Shown in pieces: positions 9,921 to 19,128 of a stretch of DNA of 64,000 nucleotides (position 1 is its first letter; every line of letters starts with the position of its first letter). The DNA comes from Halorutilales archaeon Cl-col2-1 (lineage in GTDB: Archaea; Halobacteriota; Halobacteria; Halobacteriales; Afararchaeaceae). The stretch lies in assembly GCA_041891055.1 (NCBI GenBank), contig CP169074.1:1088001-1152000 (forward strand), read 5' to 3'. Under the pieces are notes generated by a model. It made no database searches. It saw nothing but the letters and a program-made list of their open reading frames with translations, and was not told the origin of the DNA. Both the position numbers and the translations under genes were made by a program.

Positions 9921-11692
9921 GTCTGACAGCCGTACCCCCCGGAATCGTCGTACTACTCGCGGCTGTGGTAGTCGCACTCCCACGTCTCGACAGACGTCTC
10001 GGACACGGAATAGGCGCGGCGGCGACCCTCGGCTCGGTGGCGTGGATAGCCAGTCTTCCGTCGGGAAGATTCTTGGATGTGACCTTCCTCGGCTTCGACG
10101 CTGTGCTCTTCAACGTCGACGGCTTCTCACGTCTGATGGGTCTGATCTTCGCCTTCATAGGCGGGGTCGGAGTGATCTACTCTTACTCGACCGATGCCGA
10201 CAACAGACAGACCGCCTTCGCGCTGTCGTACGTCGGCACGAGCCTGGGTGCCGTGTTCGCGGGCGACTGGCTCACATTCGTCTTCTTCGTCGAGCTAATG
10301 GGGGTCGCCTCGACCCTCCTGGTCTGGCACTACGGCGGTAAAGCAGTCAGGGCGGGCTTTAGATACGCCCTCTGGCACGGTCTCGGCGGAAGCCTCATAC
10401 TCGCGGGGATAGTCTGGCACTACGTCGAGGTGGGTTCGTTTGTCTTCGGTGCCTACGAAGGCATCTATCCTGGAATACCCGCCGCACTCTACGCGATAGG
10501 ATTCGGAGTCAATGTCGGGTACGTCGGTCTCCACGTCTGGCTCCCCGACACCTATCCGCGTCCCCACATAGCCGCGAGCGTCTTCCTGTGTGTCTACACC
10601 ACGAAGACGGGAGTCTACGGTCTCGCGCGGGGATTCCCCGACGGACATCTCTGGATAGCCTACATGGGAGGTGCGATGGCTGTCTACGGAGCCTTCTCGG
10701 CGCTCCTCCAGGACGACATGAGACGTCTCCTGTCGTACCACATAGAGTCACAGGTCGGATACATGGTCGCAGGGGTCGGTGTCGGAACCGCACTCTCGAC
10801 CGCGGGGGCGTTCGCACACGTCTTCAACCACATACTCTACAAGGCACTCCTCTTCATGTGCGCCGGAGCCATAATCTACAAGACTGGAGAGGGGAGACTC
10901 AAGAAGCTCGGAGGTCTGAGGAGCGAGATGCCACTCACAGGAGTCATATTCGGCGTAGCCGCGCTCTCTATAGCCGGCTTCCCCGGATTCAACGGCTTCG
11001 TGAGTAAGGGCATGGTTATGACAGCAGCCCACCACGAACATCTCAACGTACTCTGGTACCTCCTCCTCTTAGGCGGTGTGGGTACATTCATGTCGTTCAT
11101 CAAGTTCGGCTACTACGCCTTCTTCCACGGAGACGACGGCTCTCCGACAGTCGAGGTCAGGGAGCTAAGCCTCGGACAGAAGACTGCGATGGGTTCGGTC
11201 GCCGCACTCTGTGTCATATACGGAGTCTACCCCGACGCACTCTTCGGTATACTCCCGGGAACCGGAGCCTCAGAGGCACATCCATTCACCACGAGCCACA
11301 TACTCGAAGGCTTAGGGCTCGCCGGAGCGGGTCTCGTGGGATTCGTCGTCGTCAAGAAGCCGCTGTCGAAGGTAGGTAGGGTTAGCGACATCGACGCAGT
11401 CTACAACCGCGCCATCTTCTACGGAACACGTAGCGCTGTGGTGGCTCTGACAGGGGTGTACGCGTGGGTTGACTCGGTGGTCGTCGAAGTAGTGGAAACC
11501 GGCGTGAAAAAACGGAGTGATCCGTCGCGGATCATCGCCAGGATAGTTCCATGGGTGAACTACTCCGAGGCAGCCGAGGAGTTCGACGACGGAGGGGTCA
11601 GACGTCTTCTGAGAGCGGGCATAGGAGACGCAACACTGATAGCCATCGCGGTTCTCACGGCGGTTCTCGTACTCCTCGGGATCAGCCTTTAG
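9917..11692 (+). CDS. mnhD3: Mrp/Mnh antiporter subunit D (copy 3)
   Basis: LHVWLPDTYP, RRLLSYH, NHILYKALLFM, GFVSKG motifs. Confidence 0.92.
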   Translation: MSLTAVPPGIVVLLAAVVVALPRLDRRLGHGIGAAATLGSVAWIASLPSGRFLDVTFLGFDAVLFNVDGFSRLMGLIFAFIGGVGVIYSYSTDADNRQTAFALSYVGTSLGAVFAGDWLTFVFFVELMGVASTLLVWHYGGKAVRAGFRYALWHGLGGSLILAGIVWHYVEVGSFVFGAYEGIYPGIPAALYAIGFGVNVGYVGLHVWLPDTYPRPHIAASVFLCVYTTKTGVYGLARGFPDGHLWIAYMGGAMAVYGAFSALLQDDMRRLLSYHIESQVGYMVAGVGVGTALSTAGAFAHVFNHILYKALLFMCAGAIIYKTGEGRLKKLGGLRSEMPLTGVIFGVAALSIAGFPGFNGFVSKGMVMTAAHHEHLNVLWYLLLLGGVGTFMSFIKFGYYAFFHGDDGSPTVEVRELSLGQKTAMGSVAALCVIYGVYPDALFGILPGTGASEAHPFTTSHILEGLGLAGAGLVGFVVVKKPLSKVGRVSDIDAVYNRAIFYGTRSAVVALTGVYAWVDSVVVEVVETGVKKRSDPSRIIARIVPWVNYSEAAEEFDDGGVRRLLRAGIGDATLIAIAVLTAVLVLLGISL

Positions 11693-12663
11693 CTACCTTC
11701 GTCGTTGGGATGTATGTAAGACCGTCCGACTATTCCTCCGAGGAGTACCTCCTTGAGACAGAGCTGGTCGTCGGCGTCTCCCCGTGCTACCTCGACACGT
11801 CTCTGTGTAGCCTGGAAGTAGTTGACAGCAGTGACGAGGAGGACACCGCCGAGTGTGTTACCCATGAGAACGGGAAGCACAAATCCCGAGAAGCCGGTTA
11901 CGAACTGTATGTGTCCTTCGAGGACTAAGAAGACCATCTCGGTAAACGAGACGACGACGTGGAACAGGTTGCCCGAGGGTATCGCTAGGAAGCCCATGTA
12001 GATTATCACGAGACGTGAGACAGTGTCACGTGCCGCGAAGTCGATCCAGACGACACCCGCGACTATGAATCCCGCGAAGACCGCCTTGTAGAAGAGATCC
12101 CAGAAGGGCGTCTCTATCCCCTTCATCGCTATGTCGACAGCCGCCGAAGCCGTCGACGGGTCGAAGACTCCCGTCTGCGAAAGTAGAACCGCACCCGCGG
12201 CTCCGCCTATGAAATTGGCTACGAGAACCACGACCCAGACACGGAGGAGGGCGGGTATGCTAGCCAGACGTTCGAGGACAAGTGCGACGGGAGGAAGCGT
12301 GTTCTCGGTGAAAAGCTGGTACCTTCCGAGGATTATGAAGACGAATCCGAGAGGGTATAGGATGACGCTTGCCACGGGATGACCCCCGGTGCTGTCGTAC
12401 ATCGACGAGTAGAGCATGAAGGTGAGTGTGATAGAGAAGCCCGCCGCGAGACCGCTGAAGAAGAGCTCACGTAAGCCCGTGTCTATCTCATGGTCTGCGT
12501 CAGCGAGTATACGCTGGAAGACCTCGTCGGTCTCGAACCTGTCGCGCACTACGGCTCCCGCAGCAGGGGCTCCCGACTGTGACCTTTCGACAGCCTTACG
12601 CACCGACTCACCTGGGTCTCCGTCGTCAGATCCAGAAGAAGTATCAGAAGACGAGTTATCCAT
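11689..12663 (-). CDS. Formate/nitrite transporter (FNT) family protein
   Basis: SGLAAG, YPLGF..LFTENT, NFIGG, FHVVV, GNTLGG FNT signatures. Confidence 0.88.
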   Translation of the reverse strand: MDNSSSDTSSGSDDGDPGESVRKAVERSQSGAPAAGAVVRDRFETDEVFQRILADADHEIDTGLRELFFSGLAAGFSITLTFMLYSSMYDSTGGHPVASVILYPLGFVFIILGRYQLFTENTLPPVALVLERLASIPALLRVWVVVLVANFIGGAAGAVLLSQTGVFDPSTASAAVDIAMKGIETPFWDLFYKAVFAGFIVAGVVWIDFAARDTVSRLVIIYMGFLAIPSGNLFHVVVSFTEMVFLVLEGHIQFVTGFSGFVLPVLMGNTLGGVLLVTAVNYFQATQRRVEVARGDADDQLCLKEVLLGGIVGRSYIHPNDEGS

Positions 12664-12725
12664 ATGCGGAATACTCCTCAGTCCACCAAAAGGGTTGTTC
12701 TCTGCTGTTTGAGTTAGTTGCGTTA

Positions 12726-12801
12726 CGGGCCGGACGGGATTTGAACCCGTGGTCCTCGGGTTAAAAGCCCGATGCTTTAAGCCAGGCTAAGCTACCGGCC
12801 C
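12726..12801 (-). tRNA. tRNA-Lys (anticodon UUU)
   Basis: Reverse complement GGGCCGG...TCGGG-CTTTTAA-CCCGA...GGTTCAAATCC...CCGGCCC-G folds into a cloverleaf; CCA not encoded. Confidence 0.96.
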
Positions 12802-12849
12802 ATATCCACATTGAATTATAGACTACGCCTGCTTTTCTTTCTTTCTGTT

Positions 12850-13893
12850 CTACACAACCACGGCGTCGGAGGGATCGAACTCGACTGTGACCTCGTCTCC
12901 CTCGTCTATCCCGCTCGGGAGGTCGGTCTTCGCTCTGAGGCTGAGACGTTCGGAGTCGCCACAGTCGAGGAAGACTGTCTTCGATCCCCTCTCTGGTACG
13001 ATACGTTCGACGACGCAGCCGACGGGATTTACCGACCGGCGTCCGCCGTCGCTCGTTGTTTCAGCGACCCTGAGTGACTCGGAGGGGACACCGACGGAGA
13101 CATCCGATCCGGGGTTCGGCGTCTGGGTAGTGTCGACCTCAACCTCCGCCACGTCTATGTCGACGACTGCCCGGTCGTCATAAGTCGCTGTGATCTCTCC
13201 GTCTATCAGGTTATCTATTCCAACGAAGTCAGCGACGAACTCGTTACGCGGAGAGTCAAGTATCTCATCGTAACTCCCCTGCTGAACAACGTCGCCGTCC
13301 CTCATCACGACTACCGAGTCGGCGACTACGGACGCCTCATTCTGGTCGTGTGTGACGTAGACACACGGTATTTCGAGGTCGGTGAGGACGCGTCTGAGCT
13401 CGTACCTGAGGCGTCGGCGTATCGGCTCGTCGAGACCCGTAGTCGGCTCGTCGAGGAGGAGTGCGTCGGGATCAGCCACAATCGCTCTGACGACTGAGAC
13501 ACGTCTCTTCTCGCCTCCTGAGAGGGTCTCCGGAGACCTTTCCGACTCGAATAGAGACTCTATCTCAAGCAGGTCACACAGCTGACGTATCTCCTCGGTC
13601 TCGAACTCGGCTCCGTACTCTATGTTCTGCCTTACGGAGAGATGAGGGAAGAGAGTGGGTCTCTGGAAGACAGTTCCGACGTTCCGATCCTCGGGCGCGA
13701 GTCCGTCGAGACGTCTGCCACCGAGGGTTACCGACCCCGAGTCGGGGGTCTCGAACCCCGCGATTATCTCCAGAAGTGTCGACTTCCCGCTCCCGCTTGG
13801 TCCTATGACGGCTGTGACGCCGTCGGTGAGGTCGAGGTCGGCACCCAGACTGAAGCCATCGTACTCCTTGGTTACGTCTTCGAGGCTTATCAT
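12850..13893 (-). CDS. wtpC: Tungstate/molybdate ABC transporter ATP-binding subunit with C-terminal TOBE-like region
   Basis: GPSGSGKS, LSGGEKRR, LLLDEP, VTHD motifs; operon with permease and binding protein. Confidence 0.85.
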   Translation of the reverse strand: MISLEDVTKEYDGFSLGADLDLTDGVTAVIGPSGSGKSTLLEIIAGFETPDSGSVTLGGRRLDGLAPEDRNVGTVFQRPTLFPHLSVRQNIEYGAEFETEEIRQLCDLLEIESLFESERSPETLSGGEKRRVSVVRAIVADPDALLLDEPTTGLDEPIRRRLRYELRRVLTDLEIPCVYVTHDQNEASVVADSVVVMRDGDVVQQGSYDEILDSPRNEFVADFVGIDNLIDGEITATYDDRAVVDIDVAEVEVDTTQTPNPGSDVSVGVPSESLRVAETTSDGGRRSVNPVGCVVERIVPERGSKTVFLDCGDSERLSLRAKTDLPSGIDEGDEVTVEFDPSDAVVV

Positions 13894-14714
13894 CGGCTCA
13901 TCCCTAGAGTCTTTCCGAAGTATCTTATACCCACGACAGCCGTGAGCCCCACAGACGCGAGTATCACTACGATAGGAAGTGTCGCGAAGACACCTCTCGA
14001 CATGAATGTGACCCAGATCTGTGTCGGCATAGTGTGGGGGTTGTAAGCCGTCATCATAGTGGCGCCGAACTCGCCGAGTGACCGCGCGAAGGTCAGGACG
14101 ACACCCGCGAGTATGTTTCCGCTCGCCAGCGGAAGCGAGACCCGGAAGAATGTCTCGACGGGCCCCTTACCGAGACTCCTCGAAGCCCTCTCGTACTCCT
14201 CTACGGAGTCGAAGCCCGCACGCGATGTTATGACGACAAAGGGCGACGCCACGAAGGTCTGTGCGACTACTATTCCGACGTACGAGTTCGTGAGGCTAAC
14301 GCCGAATGCGTTCGCTATGCTTCCGATGGGAGTGAAGCTACCGAAGCCCGTGAGGAGCATCACACCTCCAACGACGGGCGGGAGAACCAGCGGAAGAACG
14401 ACGACCGACTCGACGAGTAGCTTACCCTTGAACTCCGACCGTGAGAGGAAGTAGGCGAGAGGCACACCGAAGAAGGTGGCGAGTGCGGTCGAGACGGGCG
14501 CAGTCGTGAGAGAGTACCTCACCGAGGAGACGACATCGGAACGCGTGAAGTCGGCGAGCGAGACTCCGTGTGCCCCAGCGAAGAAGGTCACGAAGGGATA
14601 GAGTATATAGACTGCTAAGATACCGCCGAGTAGACCGAAGAGGGCGTAGTCACCGTCGAAGACTGATACTCCTACCAGAGACCCATCTCTTTCTCTCTCT
14701 TGTCTCTGACTCAC
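13890..14714 (-). CDS. wtpB: Tungstate/molybdate ABC transporter permease
   Basis: LPLVLPPVVGG, EAA-like loop (YERASRSLG), FARSLGEFGAT. Confidence 0.87.
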   Translation of the reverse strand: MSQRQERERDGSLVGVSVFDGDYALFGLLGGILAVYILYPFVTFFAGAHGVSLADFTRSDVVSSVRYSLTTAPVSTALATFFGVPLAYFLSRSEFKGKLLVESVVVLPLVLPPVVGGVMLLTGFGSFTPIGSIANAFGVSLTNSYVGIVVAQTFVASPFVVITSRAGFDSVEEYERASRSLGKGPVETFFRVSLPLASGNILAGVVLTFARSLGEFGATMMTAYNPHTMPTQIWVTFMSRGVFATLPIVVILASVGLTAVVGIRYFGKTLGMSR

Positions 14715-15640
14715 GGAATCACCTCTTCGGGAACCTCGCCCTTCTCTATCGGGAATCTGTCGTCGACTATGAGTCCGTTCTCCCTGAGGACGTCCGAGTT
14801 CTGGAGAAGATACTTTATGAAACGTCTTCCGTTGTCGGGACTGTCGGCGTCTTCGAGCACGGTGGCGTTGTAGAGAACGGGTGTTCCCTGGATAGTCTTG
14901 CCCTTGTCTGTGGTGTACTCGGCGCTCGCGTAATGGTCGGCGTACTCGGGGTTCGAGAAGTTTAACTCGTCGGGGAGAGAGACGAAGGGCAGACCGTGGT
15001 CGACCGCCATGTTCTTATAACAGACTGCGGCGGCTCTGTCGCCTGTCTCTATGCTCGCCAAGAGATGTGCCTCCTGGGGGTCGACTACGAGACGGTCTGT
15101 GAGGTCCTCAGTGAGACCGTCGACTCCGTAGTAATCCTCGGCTAGCTTGAACATCTGGACAGTCCTGTACCCGAGGGGATCGAGGTCGGGGTCACTCCTC
15201 GCAATCTCAGAGTCAGCTTCGGCGAGTGCCTCGTACCACGGATCGCCGTCTTCGAGCCTCTTGCCGACCTCAGTCTCGGGGTTGTACGTGATACCGACCG
15301 AGTTAGACGCGAAGACGACATCCCACGTCGCGTAGTCGGGCTTGAGTTCGTCACGCAGGAGATATGCGTCGGCACTCGCGGCGACGTCGGGTGACTTCTG
15401 TCCCGAGGTTATGAAACGCATCACAGCGTTCGATCCGTGGAACTCGCTCTGGAACTCTATACCCGTCTCCTTCTCGAAAGACTCGCCTATATTTTCACCG
15501 AGTATCACCGAGAGGCTGCCTGCCGAGAGAAGATAGACGTCTCCCGCCGAACTCGACCCACCTCCCGCACCCGTCGTACATCCCGCGAGACCCGTAGCCG
15601 CCGTGGCTCCAGCAGTTTTGAGGAAACTCCTTCTGTCCAT
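14711..15640 (-). CDS. wtpA: Tungstate/molybdate ABC transporter substrate-binding lipoprotein (Tat-exported)
   Basis: MDRRSFLK Tat motif, LAGC lipobox, AGSL, ASAD, DP..DPLGYR WtpA motifs; start trimmed to 15640. Confidence 0.87.
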   Translation of the reverse strand: MDRRSFLKTAGATAATGLAGCTTGAGGGSSSAGDVYLLSAGSLSVILGENIGESFEKETGIEFQSEFHGSNAVMRFITSGQKSPDVAASADAYLLRDELKPDYATWDVVFASNSVGITYNPETEVGKRLEDGDPWYEALAEADSEIARSDPDLDPLGYRTVQMFKLAEDYYGVDGLTEDLTDRLVVDPQEAHLLASIETGDRAAAVCYKNMAVDHGLPFVSLPDELNFSNPEYADHYASAEYTTDKGKTIQGTPVLYNATVLEDADSPDNGRRFIKYLLQNSDVLRENGLIVDDRFPIEKGEVPEEVIP

Positions 15641-15678
15641 GCTACACAAACACACGTGATTAACCTTAAAGCTTATTT

Positions 15679-15694
15679 TAAACAAAACTGTTTA
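15679..15694. promoter_or_regulatory. Inverted repeat TAAACA-N4-TGTTTA in the wtpA/tfx divergent promoter region
   Basis: Perfect 6-bp inverted repeat within a 60-bp AT-rich intergenic region. Confidence 0.45.
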
Positions 15695-15700
15695 TACACC

Positions 15701-16120
15701 ATGGACGCCGACTCGACGGTACTCACCCAGAGACAGATAGAGGTTCTGCGACTACGTGAGGAGGGACTGACACAGGAGGAGGTCGCCGAAGAGCTCGGGA
15801 CTACGGCGGCGAACGTGAGCGCGGTCGAGTCCGCGGCGCGTGACAACATAGAGAAGGCTCGTCGGACGCTAGAAGTCGCACGTCTCCTCAGGTCGCCCGC
15901 GAGCGTGACAGCCGAGGAGGGAACCGACATACGTGACCTCGTCGACGAGGTATACGAGAAAGGCGACGAAACAGGAGTAAAGATAGAGTACTGTGAGCCC
16001 GAGCTATACAGTCATCTCTACGAACATCTCAGACGCGAGAACGTAGTCGACGGCAGGAGCCTCGTCTCGGATGTCGAGGTCGGTATCACTCGTGAGGGTG
16101 AGGTCAAGATTCACGTCTGA
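15701..16120 (+). CDS. Tfx family DNA-binding protein
   Basis: LTQRQIEVL..R..GLTQEEVAEELGTTAANVS..E..AR.NI.KAR.TL HTH followed by Tfx C-terminal domain; ATG at 15701. Confidence 0.88.
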   Translation: MDADSTVLTQRQIEVLRLREEGLTQEEVAEELGTTAANVSAVESAARDNIEKARRTLEVARLLRSPASVTAEEGTDIRDLVDEVYEKGDETGVKIEYCEPELYSHLYEHLRRENVVDGRSLVSDVEVGITREGEVKIHV

Positions 16121-16179
16121 GAAGACACGAGGCGGTGGAGTTATGTTAGATTATAGACCATGTGTAGACGTGAAGTGAC

Positions 16180-16701
16180 GTGAAGCACGTAAAGGAAAAC
16201 GGTGGGGAGTCCGAGTACCTAGACGATGTCTGGAGCCTCAAAGAGAGGATAAGACGCCGTGACGGCTACCTCCGCCAGACGTGGGACTTCTTCTCGCGTG
16301 CGTATACGAAGAACGACTGCCATCTCTACATCGACAGCCCGACTGAGGGAAACGGAGAAAGCGGCAGAACCGAGACGATCGCGGGCTTCATAACCATGAG
16401 AGGCGACGGCTACATACTCTTCTTAGGGGTCGACCCGAGGTACAGGGGAAAGGGACTCGGAGAGAGGCTCGTCAGACACGCCGAGGAGAGCCACGGACGT
16501 GTCTCGTGCCACACTCGGACGACGAACGAGAGCGCGGTCGGCTTCTACCAACACCTCGGATTCGAGATACAGAAACAGATTGACTCTTACTACCGTGACG
16601 GCGAGTCAGCCTACTACCTCACGAAGAAGGTCGAGACCCAAAACGACAGGTCACTCAGAAGACGTATCTCGGAGATACTCGGCGAGTCGGACGGCGATTA
16701 G
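16180..16701 (+). CDS. GNAT family N-acetyltransferase
   Basis: LGVDPRYRGKGLG acetyl-CoA motif, N..AVGFY..LGF, YY.DGE.AY; start uncertain (GTG). Confidence 0.88.
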   Translation: MKHVKENGGESEYLDDVWSLKERIRRRDGYLRQTWDFFSRAYTKNDCHLYIDSPTEGNGESGRTETIAGFITMRGDGYILFLGVDPRYRGKGLGERLVRHAEESHGRVSCHTRTTNESAVGFYQHLGFEIQKQIDSYYRDGESAYYLTKKVETQNDRSLRRRISEILGESDGD

Positions 16702-16709
16702 TCTATACT

Positions 16710-17681
16710 TTACACGAGTTCGTGTCCCGTGTTATCGGGCTCGGCGACGTAGACCTCTCTTTCTTCGACGTCGACTGCGCCGGCGACTTCCTCGGCGCGT
16801 TCTTCCGTCGTGACTCCGTAGACAGAAGGACCCCACGACGACTGTCCGACACCTTCGACCCCGGGCAGGCTCCTTAGCTCTTCGACGACAGGCTTCGACT
16901 CCTCGCGGTAGACACCTCCCTGAAATCTCGTGTACCACGCGCCGTTGAGTCTACCTATCTCCTCGACACCCGCTCCGAAATCGTCTATGTCTCCCGACGT
17001 GACCCCGGGTAGGACACGGTCGAGGACGACGTTACTGATCTCGTCCGCTACCGACGGGTCGGCACTCTCTATGACGCGTCTTATGCTCTCTTCCTCGTCT
17101 CCGCCGTGTTTCCCCTCCTCGGCGTCGGGGATCACGACGACGAACCTCCAGTCCTCGGGGACGTCGTGGCGCGAGACTACGGCTGGGACGTCCCAGTCAC
17201 CTCTCTCAGGACTCTCCGAGGTAAATCTCTCAGAGGGATGTCCTGCGTCGAGGACGAAACCACCCGACTCGAAACACGCGACTCCGACACCCGACCTTCC
17301 GCCGCGTCCCATCTCTGGAGCGAGACTTCTGAGGTCAGACTCGACGCCGTGTGCCTCGGCGACTCCTCTCAGAACCCCGAGGGCTAGCTGTGTCCCGCTT
17401 CCGAGACCGACATGGCGGGGTAACTCGCTCTCGACCTCTACGGTCGCGCCGTCGACTCCTAAGACGGATACTGCCCTCTCGGCGTATCTCTGTGTCTCTT
17501 CGACAGAAGACAGGTCGCCGTGGGCTTCGACCGAGACCGACTCCGCGGCCTCGACTCTTAAGACAGTGTGTGGACGGTCTACTGCGACCCCAATGCCACC
17601 GTAGATACGTCTGCGTGCGAGAGACAGGTTGAGAAATCCAAAATGGAGCCTCGCAGTCGTCTCTACCTCGACGCGCGACAT
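16710..17681 (-). CDS. Beta-ribofuranosylaminobenzene 5'-phosphate (beta-RFAP) synthase family protein (GHMP kinase fold)
   Basis: ARLHFG, PRHVGLGSGTQ, GRGGRSGVG, GGFVLDAGH, GQSSWGP motifs; start trimmed to MSRVEV. Confidence 0.88.
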   Translation of the reverse strand: MSRVEVETTARLHFGFLNLSLARRRIYGGIGVAVDRPHTVLRVEAAESVSVEAHGDLSSVEETQRYAERAVSVLGVDGATVEVESELPRHVGLGSGTQLALGVLRGVAEAHGVESDLRSLAPEMGRGGRSGVGVACFESGGFVLDAGHPSERFTSESPERGDWDVPAVVSRHDVPEDWRFVVVIPDAEEGKHGGDEEESIRRVIESADPSVADEISNVVLDRVLPGVTSGDIDDFGAGVEEIGRLNGAWYTRFQGGVYREESKPVVEELRSLPGVEGVGQSSWGPSVYGVTTEERAEEVAGAVDVEEREVYVAEPDNTGHELV

Positions 17682-17686
17682 ATATA

Positions 17687-18352
17687 CTATGTCTCCGTCT
17701 CGTTGTCGTCTCCGTCTCGTGTATTCCGGAGCCGCCCGAGTATACACGCGTGGTCGGAGTAGAAAGGTTCGAGGTCGACTATCTCCTCGACTTCGTACGC
17801 GTCTTCGAGACTCTCGGCGACCTCGTCGTAGACCTCCTCGGGGTCTGCTGTGACGTCCTCGCTCCTCGCTTTGACCATCATACACAGCCTTCCGCCGTCT
17901 TCGAGGAACTTCGAGTTCTCGACTGCAACCTCCGCCTGATCCCTCGTAGCGACGTCCTGGTAGAGCAGGTCGACCTTTTCAACTAAGGGCGTGTACTCCT
18001 CGGACTTACGTGCGTCGGCTACCACAGGCATTAGGTTCTGACGCGACTCGGCGACCTCGACGAGTCTCTGTGACGGACTCGGAGCTATCTCGACGCCGTA
18101 GACGACCTTCGTGACGTCGGCAACGTAAGACGGAGTCGTACCTGCCGCCGCTCCGAGATAGAGTACCTTCGTCTCCGGGCTCAGAGGGACTTCATCGTCG
18201 TAGCCCTTTACGAGAAGTGCGGCGAGCTTGCTGTCGTGGGGATTCCAGACGCGCAGGCTCTCGACCATCTCCTCGTCGCTCACGCGGTCACCCTCGGTCG
18301 CGGGATACTCGTCGTCTCCTTTCTCGACCCATCTGATGTTGTTTCGTCTCAT
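17687..18352 (-). CDS. flpA: Fibrillarin-like rRNA/tRNA 2'-O-methyltransferase
   Basis: WNPHDSKLAA, VLYLGAAAGTT.S, DAR, YQDVA..DQA, KARS motifs. Confidence 0.95.
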   Translation of the reverse strand: MRRNNIRWVEKGDDEYPATEGDRVSDEEMVESLRVWNPHDSKLAALLVKGYDDEVPLSPETKVLYLGAAAGTTPSYVADVTKVVYGVEIAPSPSQRLVEVAESRQNLMPVVADARKSEEYTPLVEKVDLLYQDVATRDQAEVAVENSKFLEDGGRLCMMVKARSEDVTADPEEVYDEVAESLEDAYEVEEIVDLEPFYSDHACILGRLRNTRDGDDNETET

Positions 18353-19128
18353 CTTTGCCTTATCCTCTCTATCTTCTCATCTAGCTCCTCGGCGAGTTCC
18401 TCACGCAGGTCGCCCGAGTCCGAGTAGTAGTCGACCCTCGCGGCTATCGTGAGCTTCCCCGCGAGAGCACGTGACGCGCTACCCCTCTCGTCGGGCGACG
18501 TGTTCCTGACGTAGGGATGTGTGAAGATGATCCCGTGTTTGGGGGGCGGTGTCCCCGACTGGAGATGTCGGAAGAGAGCGTCCTCCGCCCCGAGTACCTG
18601 GAGGGTGCTACTCGGCTTCCTCGCGAGGTCTTCAAGTCCTCCAGCGAGCGAGATGAGGCGTGCGGCGAGGAAAGGTCCCGCGAGGTTCGAGAGGTTGGGT
18701 GCGACCTCCCACGCCTCTGTTTCTATAAACTCCCGGAGTTCGTCAGTAGTATCACGCAGTTCGTCGGCAGTCTCCCGGAGTCGGCCGAGTATCTCAGGAT
18801 CGTCGCCCGTCGACCCCGACTCCCAGTCACGTATCCTCTCGTCTATCTCGTTGAGAGACTCCTCGGCAGTCTCGAGAGACCGAACCGCATTGACGAGGTC
18901 GGCGTCGACGGTTCCGAGCTTCGACTCTATCCTACGTTCGGCGAGTTCGAGACAGACGTCGTGTAGGAGGTCGTAGTACTCGTCCTCGTCGTCGACAAAC
19001 CCCGACTCGACACAGACGCGGCTGAGCTCTCTCGGCGTCTCGGCTGTGAGACTCTCGACCCTCTCAGCTATCTCGCCGACGTCTTTACTGTTTTCGCACC
19101 AGTATCCTTCTTTGTCTGTGTCTGTCAT
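18349..19128 (-). CDS. nop5: Nop5 (Nop56/58) C/D-box RNP protein
   Basis: APNL..L.G..LAARLISLAGG, PSSTLQVLGAE.ALF, PKHGIIF motifs; adjacent to fibrillarin. Confidence 0.95.
   Translation of the reverse strand: MTDTDKEGYWCENSKDVGEIAERVESLTAETPRELSRVCVESGFVDDEDEYYDLLHDVCLELAERRIESKLGTVDADLVNAVRSLETAEESLNEIDERIRDWESGSTGDDPEILGRLRETADELRDTTDELREFIETEAWEVAPNLSNLAGPFLAARLISLAGGLEDLARKPSSTLQVLGAEDALFRHLQSGTPPPKHGIIFTHPYVRNTSPDERGSASRALAGKLTIAARVDYYSDSGDLREELAEELDEKIERIRQR

Noticed and set aside
16160-16183. 7-codon ORF (MCRREVT) overlapping the GNAT GTG start
   Set aside because: No TATA at suitable spacing for it; GTGA overlaps arise by chance.
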